Origin: Phoronis australis
Taxonomy: Eukaryota > Animalia > Phoronida
Length of the DNA: 64,000 nt
Assembly: GCA_002633005.1 (NCBI GenBank)
Contig: NMRA01000168.1
Coordinates: 561,129-625,128, forward strand
Direction of reading: 5' to 3'
Shown here: positions 13,501-25,500 of the stretch, piece by piece
Position numbering within the stretch: position 1 is the first letter of the stretch
Layout of the letters: each line of letters starts with the position of its first letter
The notes under the pieces: generated by a model
Database searches by the model: none
Told to the model about the DNA's origin: nothing
What the model saw: the letters and a program-made list of their open reading frames with translations, nothing else
Translations under genes and position numbers: made by a program

Positions 13501-16500
13501 TGGCTTCTCGTTGGTTGAAGGAACGTTACTGCTGTGCTATTATTCAGTCATTCGGATAAGTAGGAAGGTGAGAAGGCATCTCGGAACTTAAATGTAACTG
13601 CACGATCGACGTACGGCTTGACCAAACTCTCCCAATTTAATCCTTACGTTTTACGCCAGTAAAAATACATGTAGATACGATTTTAGTTGCAGCAAAATGT
13701 TTGTGGAAATTAACAAATACGTTGCTATTCATGTTGTCAACCTCAGTTGTTCTAGTGATAGGCTTTAGCTGTCTTTCAGACTTGCTACTTTTCAAATATT
13801 TTGTATTCCCCACATCAATACAAGTCACACAAAGTCATATGTCCAAGCAGATGATATCTTAACTCTGCCTTTTTACTACAAATCGAATGGGGTTTCACTA
13901 CTTAAGCAAGTTGAATTACAACGTTGGTCTTAAAATTTGTTGCCGTTGTGCCCTCGTCGTGTCATTAGTTACATTTCTGTCTGACTTGTTGACTTTTTTA
14001 TACAATTTTCTCTCTTATGTGTCAATAGTAACAAGTGCTTCAACTTAAAGCAGAATTTCCTCATTTTCCTCAAATCGAATATACGATACTAATCCGATTT
14101 CCATAATGTATGATAATGGCTGCCCGGTATTTGGTAGGTGTTAACTGTCAAAATGTCTTTCAATTTCAGAAGTCTACAATATGCTTACAATTCAGTGTAT
14201 GGCTTGAAAATGCATTTAATAACTTCTGTCTTGTCTTTATTTAACCTGTATTAGGTGGAAGTTACGCCCTACCTTGGTGCGAAGGTCTATGGTAGCCTTG
14301 CCCTGGACATTGGGTTTGCAGCCGGTGGTATTGAGCTCGTGGGTTACCTACTTGAGACAAAATTTCCCATCAGAGCAACAGTGAAATTTAACAAGTTTCC
14401 ATTAGATGTTGGGTATGAATACCTTTTATACACCCTTATAAGCAGTGATGGTGTGTTTGTGGCAAGCAGCATACATGTAGTGCGCGATATAGCTGACTTA
14501 AGGGAAACTCAAACTCTGTTAGTAATTTCTATTTATGTTCAGAACTCGACAAACATATCGAACAATAATTTCTTTTGGATAAAATGTGCCGCATTTGCTC
14601 ACATTTCGTAAGGGAAAGAGAACAGGAGACAAAATTGTTTGACACTTACTGTAGAATTTTGTAAGATGTACAGTAGTTTAGTGGCAACCTAACTGTTGGT
14701 CAAAGCTGTTTCGCGTACATTATTAAACGATGCATTTGACGTTTCTTTTCAATTTCAGCATTACAATGCGCGTAGAGCTGGTTCCCGTCAGACTTCAGCT
14801 AAAAGCTTTTGTGTTACTTAGGCTTTTATTCTTTAATAAGAAGTGGTCGTACAAAATTTGGGAATGGGCAGCACCAACAATCAAGGGTGAAATTTTGAAC
14901 AAGCCTATAATAGAAGACGACAAGTCTCCTCCGGAACTGACTTCACCAGCAGTGAGTAAGCGAAAACGACCGCTAGGCAAGGGCTGCTCCGTAATCCAGG
15001 TGCCTGGTCGAGACCCCGAAAATCCGGCATTTTTGTTGGAAGTTACAGCTACAGATGAAGTCAGTGACATCAAGAGGCGGTATTCCGTCGGTTCCCATAA
15101 GGGTGGCAATGACATTCTTGACTGGACCGAAATGGGAGGTGTATCTGTTACGGTGCCAATCGTTCTAGAACATGGTATACCGCTCTTCTGGACAGTGAAA
15201 ATACGGAATTCCCAAGGATTAGAAGCCACGGCCGAATGTTCTTTGAACACATATGACATGACCGTTCCGTCTGGCAAGGTGGAAGAATCCTTTGCATATA
15301 CTAGTCATCCACACAAATTGAGTGCATCTTTGACCCTCCACGATGATTCCCCTTTAATAGCCAATCAGCTAAAAGCCGTGGGGGTCGGAGAAGGTGCTTT
15401 TGGAAACACTGTGAGTGACTGGGAAGTATTTAAACCCTCAGTTGTTACAGAAAATAAAGAGGGTTCAGGTGATTTAAAGTATTTTGCCTTTCCTCGTCGC
15501 GGGCGGCTGACATCTGATCCGTTCAAAACAACAACTGCATTCTCAGATAGCCATTGTGCTGCCGAATGTCTCAGAAACTCAGCGAAATGCCTTTCATTCG
15601 ATTACAATTCACAGAGTGAAGACTGCTATCTGCAAAGAACTATCGACAGTCAACACACTCGGGTAAAACAGAGCGGAGCGTTCTTTCACTACCAGCGACT
15701 TATTGGACACACTAGTCTAATTGAATACGACAGCCTGCCTCTCAGCCACTCAGAAGTGTACTTTGTGAACGTTCACATAACAAACGTTCTTGGATACGAA
15801 AGTTTTTTGTCGTCTTCTGGAACAATTGTAGACTTTACTCCACCCGAGCCTGGATTCATTAAGAACGCAAGCTTAGATATTATCAAGCATGATGGATGCA
15901 ATGCTGCTGTAACTCAACGGTGTAAGGATGTTACATGGAACCCTAACCACCGGTAAGTTAAATGAACTTGTAGACAAAATGAAAAAGAAATTATAACAAA
16001 TTTGAAATTCTGAAACTCAGTAGGGTTTTTGGTGTGTTTCTCAAATGTACTCGTCTGTGTCTGTTGATCTATTAACGTTATGACCTGGTTCCATGCTCTG
16101 TCATTGTAGTTTTCGAAAAATTAATTGATGGTTGAAAATTGCCGATGGTGAATTTTTCGTGAACGACCAAATTTATTATTTCAGGGTGATAGTTGATGGA
16201 AATGGATCAAGAACAGTGCTAAACGGCCACGAGCATGGGACAGACTTAAAATTTACATTAACAAACAATTATATCTCAGGTATTGCAAATATGACAAGGT
16301 TACAAATAAGACGTTTTAGTGAAATTGAATTTCTATTGTTTAAAAGATTTTGGGGAACGTCTGCAACCTGCAGTGAGGTGGGGACCATCTGTTTCCTTTA
16401 TGCGCCAACTTCGATACTAAACATCTCATGACATTTCACGAGATAATTTCAACATGATGATAACGTTTTTAATAGTTCTCATCGGAAGAACATTGGCTGT

Positions 16501-19500
16501 GGACACCCAAAACAAATTGGTTGTACGAATTTGTTTCAAGTAGTCCACACAAAGTACGGTACCAACGATAATTTACATATACCAGACTGGGAAGTAACGT
16601 TGTCCAGGATACAGTAATTAATTCCATGAAGTTAGGTCATACAGCTTCGTATGTTCTATTGCGGTTCTTCAGCTTGGGAAGTACCTTAAAGATTCATATT
16701 TCGCATGGCATTCTGGTAGGCTACATTAGGCGCTGGTCACATTTTGAATCACATTATATAATCGCTCTCTGACACAGCGCCACTTCTACTAAAAAGTGGC
16801 CCTGTGGAAACATGATGACCGACGCACGGAATTCCGTGTGGGGGCATCAATGCGCATGCCTTGTTCAAAAATATACTGATCACATCGCTAACACTTGCCA
16901 ACGCCTTTATGAATTGTACTTGTTTGGGCTTAAGCCACTAGATCGGGGTTCATTGATTTTGTTTACAGTGGCAGGTCTACGTTTTCAGCAAGGGGAGGCT
17001 TAGGATTCAAGCGAACATAACGCTAAATCGTCGTGAGAGACCGTCCGGAGTTGATATATGGTGCAACTCCGGACGGTCTGGGCTCAACAGAAAACCATAG
17101 TTCTACTGCGAGTCTACACCAATGCGATAAACGAGAGTAGTTCTACTTGCCGCATCAGCTGCAGGAATCATCTTTTTTATGACAAACGACATGTGACTGG
17201 GCAAAGCCTTTTCAAATTAGTGTAGATAATCCAGTGGAGCGTGAGACCCCTGAGGTCCCTGTCATGTCCTCACGACAATTTCACGTTATGTATCCGAGGC
17301 GCGTAGCACCGAGCGGAAGGAAGGTCGGGAGGGGGTTTCCCCACTCCCTTGTAAGATTTTTTGTGGTTTTTAGTAGCTGATTTCGTTTTTCTGGCGAAAT
17401 TTTCTCAATTTTTATTTTTGATCCTGTCCCTGCAGATCCGCCTCTGGTTTACAGTGTACTTCGATCACTTCCCGTGCTCATTACTCGCGACTATTCAAGT
17501 CAAAAGTACGTCACAGAAAACTGAAGGGGTTTCCCAAATTCCAATCAATGGGAATGATTGGATATCGTGGCGTCTGTTTCATTATTTTTACCATTTTAAA
17601 CAACATTCGACAATGCAACCTTTCGTAGCACTGTGAAAGAGTGAAAGTATGTAACTTCTGGCAAATCATCTCGCTGCCTTCTTGATAACAATACAAATAA
17701 AAGAAACCAAAAATGTGGTTGATCTTTCAAAGGTATGTACATTTTATCTTGAAAGGTATTTCACCAACGAATTTCCGTTTCAGCTAACTGGGATGGTTTC
17801 AAAGATCATGAAACGGATATATGGGGTTACACCTGGGCAGCTGGCACAAGTGTTTGTGGTACTGACGTCAGTCCTTACGACGATCCTCACAAACATTTAT
17901 CTGGAAAGTCTTACTGGACTCATCACGGTCTTACCTCTGATCTTCATTTGCAAGACGGTCCGTACTTCGCTAGTGTACAAGCTATCAATTCCGTCGTACA
18001 AGGTGGTGCGCTCGTTACTACTGTCTGTCACAGCACACCAATTATTGTTGACACAACTAAACCCCAAGTTCACTCTATCGGCGACTATATTTACGATGAA
18101 GATTTCGACATTTTGCTGCTCTACTACAACGTGTCAGATTCCTTGTCGGGAATTAAGCGAGTTGATTTTGGACTTGGCCACACGAAGTATGATGTGAATG
18201 TTCGTAGCTACTCTAGCTATGCCCATGTTGCGCGAGAAGAGCCTTACATTGCTATAGAACAACTCGGACTTCAAGATGGTGTACCTGCATGGATACGTCT
18301 CAGAGCCGTTGACAATGGTATGTTGTTTTACACGTTTTAAGTTTTCTTATTCCTTCTTGATGAACACAAATTCCTTGTGTTGGAGATTGTATGTTTTTAT
18401 TGGGTGAAGAGTTTACATGTAGGCTACTATCACGGTCTTTGTATTCTAGTAATGCTGTTCGCTGCTTCACACTCTGACGTGCCCTTATTGAAAGACTCAA
18501 CTCCCCCTGAAGAAGGCGAAGTGTTTGACGGTTTAAGCCTGCACGCGGACATCGACTATCAATCAGACAAAACACTTCTATGCGCTCATTGGAAAGATTT
18601 TTATGACCCAGACACCGGCATTAACGAGTAAGTACCGTAGCAATTTCAGTGATCATTGAATGTTTGTGTTTGGGCCGTCGTGAGAAGGTGGCTAGAGTGA
18701 TCGATGGTGGCAGCCCAAAACCGGTTTGAAACAATTTCCAGTGGATTCTTTGCATATGGAATAGCATCTACGATCGTCATTATACGGAGTGCACGGAGAA
18801 GAAACGTTCGAGAACTTTTTTTAGCAACTGTGAATACCTCGTCAACTTGTTTGCTTTTCAATGACCGGACGACACTTCTAAACTTTCACTTATCTACTGA
18901 AAGATGTTAATCAATGCATTTTTTCCAGGTCACCCACATTAATGCAAGTCATCTTACAAATGACTCCAAATCACTTTCAAAATTAGCTCTTGAGGTCATT
19001 TTCCACGGGTTCAAAAAAGCTACAGAGTCGCTACAATACCTTGTGGCAAGAACAACTAAATGAAAGGTCCGTGCCATTAGCTCACCGTTGGAAATTTTAT
19101 ATCCACTCAATCTCCATTGATTGTGTTGAAGGCAAAACTGAACAGCGAGCCTTGTTAGATTTCGTCCTATTGCAATTGCTAATGAAGTTATTTCTGAAAG
19201 ATAGAGTACATAACCGGAATATGTATAGCTGATGTGCACGAAACAAGGACAGACTGAGCAACCAACAACACTTGCAGCTACCTTACACGCCACTTTTCAG
19301 AAATTTCAGTTCTAGACAACACAAATGGGCTTTATTCAATCGATTCTGTGGTTTGCGTTTTGTGCTATTTTTATGTTTTACATTCTCCGTAACGGCAACC
19401 ATGGTTAGAGTTTACCCTCCTGCTTCTATTTCATGACCTTACAGCATTTGCTTGAACTAGTTTCAGTTATTCAAAATGTCGTTGACAGCCAAGCTGAGAA

Positions 19501-22500
19501 CCTGCCTTACGTTTCTAGAGAGACTCATTAAAATTATTTAAACACAGCAACTTTGTGCTTCTAACGTGATTATAATCTAAAACTAAAATTGGTGAACTTG
19601 ACTGCAATAATACATGGCTGGGATGACAGCGATTTCTAATTGATGTTAACTACATCCTAAATCCCAACAAAGAACCTCTACAAGGTTACCTGCATTTAAC
19701 ACGAATTTGGTCTCAAACCTGAAATTAAGAATTTTGATTGGCAACATATCTGGTTACATGTACTAGGAGATCGGTGCATATTTCAGGTTGGCAACCCCTG
19801 AAGTTTCGAGGGAGGGCCATTGTAAGTGATTTAATCATGGTTTCCGGCTTCTGAAATAATTTCACCAACAGAAATAAACTTACTTATTTTGATCAAATTA
19901 TTGATGTGCACACCTTAAATCGTTAATATATTAGTTACAATGCCTGTTTCTGGCGTTTGTGCTCAAGTCAACTAGCGGCATGTTATGAACCGAAGCTGCA
20001 ACTGAAGACTGGTGATCGTCTTGATCATGGAACACGAACACACCTATCGGAACGGAAAAGTAAAAAGCACAGATTACTAGGACCAGCACACCTTTTAGGA
20101 AATTATTAAGTGCGTCACGCGTTTAATTAGGCGAAAAGATATTTTTAGATTTCATTTTGATGCTAATATAAAAGTTTTAACACTTTTTATAGTTAGTAAA
20201 ATGTATCAATTGGACCAAATATTCTTTCTAAGAGCTAACATTTTCAATTAATTTGGTATATAATTTCATTTGTTTGAGCAAAGTAAACCACGGAGATTAG
20301 TTTAAACCCCCCTGCTGTTTCTATTAGCTTGACGCGTTATCCAAACCCGTTTTGTTGTAATTGTTGTTGCATAGGTAAACACACCGTAATTTTTTGTGCT
20401 TAAAAATTTAGGTTTTACGTCATCTTTAATGAAGCCGTCCACAACACCGTGATGGGAAATGCCAAAGTATCTCACCTTACCAAGAAATGGTGTTTTCGTG
20501 GAGACTTGCAACACAACAACACATACTACACCACGGTAGTAGCAGTTAACCGTGGTCTTCGACCAAAGACTGTTAACGTATCATCAAACGGAGGTAATCA
20601 GTTTTGTTAATCGTCGATCCGGCTGAATTGTCAGAGTTACTTCATAACGTGCACTCACATTGATTCTACGCGATTAAAACGCCTTGACATGAAAAATATG
20701 TGCGGGCAATATTTGCGCACTAGTATAGTGCTACGTATAAGTCGTGCCCTACTCCTAGTTGTGCTATGGCTAGCCTATTATTGTTGATGGCGAATATTGG
20801 TAAAATGCATAGTTAGTGAATAGATTACATGTTCAAAGTACTCGTCTTATTCACAATTTAACCTTTAATTCCACCCATATTGCAGTTCTTATAGACGTCA
20901 CATCACCAACAGAGGGATGGGTAAAAGACGGTAAGAAAGCAGGAATGGACCTTAACTTCACTCACAAACAATCGGAAATAACAGCTCACTTTGGTAATTT
21001 CACAGACCCTGAGAGCGGTGTTGCTGAGTATAACGTCAATGTTATTGTAAATGGTAAGGCAAGAGATTCCTTTGACAATGGATTATCATCGAAATTTGAG
21101 GAGCATTCGCTGGCACTCGATAATGGCGACAATGTTGTCATTGAGGTTCATGCAAAGAATGGAGCAGGAAGCATTACTACAGTTTCATCTGATGGATACA
21201 CTGTAGACCTGACACCACCAGTGATGGCACTTCTGATGGACAGTGAGAACGGACAGCGATTTCAAACAAGGAACGACTCTGTTTATGCAAAGTGGAAATT
21301 CGAAGACTTGCAGTCAGGCATAGCAGAATATCGATTGACCGTGTTCATGTATTTCCATGGAAGTAAGATGGTCGCATGGCCCATTCAGGGACGTGAAGAA
21401 GTGATACAACCATTAAATGAGTACGCCACAATGAATATTTCAAGACCAATAAATCTCGTTAATGGCGCCAAATACACTGTGCAAGTGACAGCAATTAACC
21501 ACGCGCAACTGTCAACAACCCACGAATCAGATGGGATTCGAGTGGACACATCACCACCAAAAATGACAATGGTAATTTCTACGATTTGTGTATTGCATGG
21601 TGAAGATATATATACATATATGTATGTGTGTGTGTATGTTACTAGTTTGTATTGCTCGAGTGAAATTTTGATTGATGAGCTTACATTATATTTGACGATA
21701 GTGATGTGATATTTTTGTTTTAGGTTACTATAGGTCTGTCTGCAGACGATGAAGTTCTCGATGAAAATGGCCAAGTTATGCAACTTGAAAAGGAAAGCAT
21801 TCTAGCCTCTTGGCATGGCTTTGACGAACATAGTGGGATTGTGTCTTATTTGGTTGGCGTCGGAACGAAGGTTGGTGACGTGTCCATATCTAACGGTTTT
21901 GTTGATTTTGGCGAATCAACTCATGGGCATATTACAGGCCTGAAGCTGCTAGTGTCAAACGTTTACTATGTGACCGTTAAGTGCAAAAATGGGGCCGGCC
22001 TAATGTCGAAAACGAAGGTATCAAAGCCTATAGTTGTCTTGAAAGAAAACGTTCCTGGCATAATCTTTGACGGACGAGACGAAGAAAACGATTACAACTT
22101 TCAGCGCGACTCGATGTCTTTGGCCATTCATTTCCACGGCTTTGAAAGTGAGGCATGTGGTATAGTAACGTATGAATGGGCAATCGGTACACAGCCTGGT
22201 TTTTCAGACGTTGAGTCGTTTTCCTCATACGGCATTGTCATGTTGAATGAAAGCCATGGGATAGCTGAGTCCAACATTGGCCTGGAGAACGGAGTCATTT
22301 ACTACGCCACTGTCCGGGCAGTTACCGGCCACAATTGTCACGAAGAATTCATTGTGTCAGTATCAGATGGTGTCCTAGTTGACAACAGTGCTCCACAAAT
22401 TACATTCACTGCCATCGGAGGGCAATCTATTGAAGTTGATGGCGTACATTATCAACAAAACTACGACTCATTGTCGTACTCTTGGAATAGTACCGACCGG

Positions 22501-25500
22501 GAGTCTGGTGTTGCTCAACAGCAGTGGCATTACGGGTCTCTTCCTGGGATGATGAACGTTCATAATTTGTCGATGTCACCGGATTCTATCGTTCCTACAG
22601 GTGCACTTTCACTGGACAATTCCTTGTCTGGATTCCTGACTGTAGAGACAATCGATCATGCCGGAAACAAGGCCGTGAAGACCTCTGCTCCCTTAACCAT
22701 AGACGCAACAATACCCGAGATTTTTGATTTTTCGTGTTCGCAATATGTGTCATCTGCTAAACCTCAAGTAGAGTGCAAGTGGACCGTAAGAGAAAGTGAA
22801 AGTCGATTGCAATCTGTTTACTTGGGACTTGGAAACAAGGAAGGTAGTGACGACATACTTCCATTTGTATCTGTTTCTACGGCTCGCAACCAGGGTGTTC
22901 TTCATATGAAACCCGTTGCCACTGACAAGAGTCAACTTGTATATGCAACGCTTAATGTCACCAACAAGTTGAGAAAATATGCTTGGTTGTCAAATAAGAT
23001 TAGAATTGAAGAGACAGCGCCCGAGGCCGGATCTGTTCGCATAGTGAACGAAAACAAAGAAGAGGTGTCATGCCAGGTTTCACAAACTGACATAGCCGTG
23101 TATATCACAGGATTTTTTGATGATCAGTCCGGATTAGAGAGGTAAAGTTTATATTATTCTTACTATTTTGCGTCCTCAAAGCATTGGTTCTAAGTTTTAT
23201 TCTGTATTTAACAATTTAGATACCGGCACGTGCTCAGCGTGTGTGATAGACACTTTCACCGTCTCCACTTAGCAGTAGAAACGGTGGTACTCCCATAAGG
23301 CCTTCATACAGCGGAAACATTTTGGCAAATTATGTCTTACGCTGATTAAACCATCAATGTTACGTTGGTATTAGTATCTTTTGCGCATAGATAGACACAT
23401 TAGAATGTCGTCGATGTCTATAATTCCTTCCAACTCTAGCAAATACTCCCGTAATCCAACTTTTTCGAGCAGTCCTTGGTTGAGTTGCCCAAATAGGCAG
23501 CGCTAAACAGCTCGCACCACGGAATATGGCTTTGGATTACGGGAGTATTTGTTCAAGTTGGAAGAAATTAATGTCGTCGACGGCCTCCTAAGGTGTCCCT
23601 CTATGCGCACAAGCCACTTGTAGCAACGTGAATTTGATGATTTATGCAGTATAAAGCATAATTCACCGAAAAGCTTTCGGAGTATCAAGGACTTATGGGA
23701 CTACCACCGTCTCTACTCGTAAGTAGCGGCGGTGGGACTGCCTACGCGTGTGTATGCACTCGAGTGTAACGTGTGATTACAAACACGAGTGTAGGCATCT
23801 TGATCTGTTTTCAGTGTAGTCATCTATATATAATTAGGCCACAAGTGCTCAGACGTTCTGTTCTCACAATTTCTACTTTCCTTTAAGACGTCATTTACTT
23901 CGTCGCGCACTGCTAACAGCATTAATTTTGTCTCGACATTTAGTGCATAGTTGGGCTACAATTTCAATTGAGGATTGAGACCCTTCTGAAAACAGATTAA
24001 TTGCGTTGTAAAATATCATTTTTGTCTTAACGCTCCAAGAATTTCTCACGGTGGCGTAAAAAAACGTTATTGTGAATTTTGAGAAGCTCAAACTTGGTTT
24101 TGTGTTCTAAACAAATGCTTACATGAAAACCGTTACTTTTATGTGTTTTATACCATGGGATTTTCAATGCAAAAATACAAATACGCGATCACCGACTTTG
24201 TTTAAATTTATTTTGGTAAGTCCATAATACTTTAATTTTTAGGTTTGACGTTTCTGTTGGTACAGCTCCAAACGGAGTGGACCTACGTCCCTTCAAAAGC
24301 GTGGGACTGAAAGATTTTGTGAGACTAGACCGTTTGGTACTTTCTGCAGGTACAAATGTCTATGTTACCGTGAAGGCATTTAACACTGTAGGAATGTATT
24401 CTCAAGTTACAAGCAATCCTGTGGTCATTAGTCCGTCTTCTCACCTGGTCGTTAAGGATGGTAATGTGGGGGATGAAGTGGACTATCAAACGTCTCTTTC
24501 TTCAGTAACTGCGAGCTGGCACATTAAACACGGGTGCAAAGTACAATCTCTGGAGTGGGCTGTCTACAGAATTGACGGGGCGGTTATTAAACCAATGGAA
24601 TCAGTTATAGATCCCGTGGAAGTGCTCACTGATGACGAGTTGGATTTAGAAAACATGAAGTCATACTTTGTTGTAGTTCACGTTATCGACACCCTCGGCC
24701 GAAAACACGTTGCTAAATCTAATGGATTTGCTGTTAGCATTGAACCTCCCGAACCCGGTGCAGTGATGGATGGCAAAGACGGCGATATTGAATATCAACA
24801 ATCAGCTAATACCATTTACGCACAGTGGTCAGATTTTGGTGAACTCGGAAGTCACAGCCCAAGTCAAATCATTGTTAAGTATGAAGTTGCCCTTGGTGAT
24901 GACGTGAGATCTCATTCGAGTAGGACTAACGTACACACTTTCGTTGACGTTGGATTAAATAGAAGTTTCACATTCAGAAATGTCAGCCTTGTTTCTAAAC
25001 ACGTAAAATATTACATCACAGTTAGAGCCCACAGTGCAGCCGGTAGCTCGGTGATTGCCTCATCCAATGGCATCTCGGTAGGGTTCGTTGACACCTTCAA
25101 AGTGGGTAAAGTAACCGTTGACAAAGCCCAATCCAGCTTGAATTCTGTTAAAGCATCATGGTCAGATTTTGAAACTGAACTTCCGTTGTTACATTACGAA
25201 GTCGGCATCTCCTCACGTGAGCCTCGGCTGCCAACGGACTGTGACGACCTTAGCAGTTCTTCTTTTGACATACTTCCATTTTTAAATGTAAAATCTGATA
25301 CGTTAGTGACCATGCGTAACCTTTCCCTTGAGCACGGGAAGTACTATTATATCACAGTCAGGGCAACTGATGTGGCTAAGAATCATGCATGTGTTGCTTC
25401 AACCCCAGTGATCATCGACGTAACGAAACCTGTTGCTGGTGATTTATTAATCGGAAAACGAACGCCTGATGATACCTTGTATGTGGATTCAACGGACTCG

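Noticed and set aside
18628-18649. 22-nt GT...AG micro-intron
   Set aside because: Too short and does not continue the repeat; exon 20412-20593 supplies the correct phase and motif.
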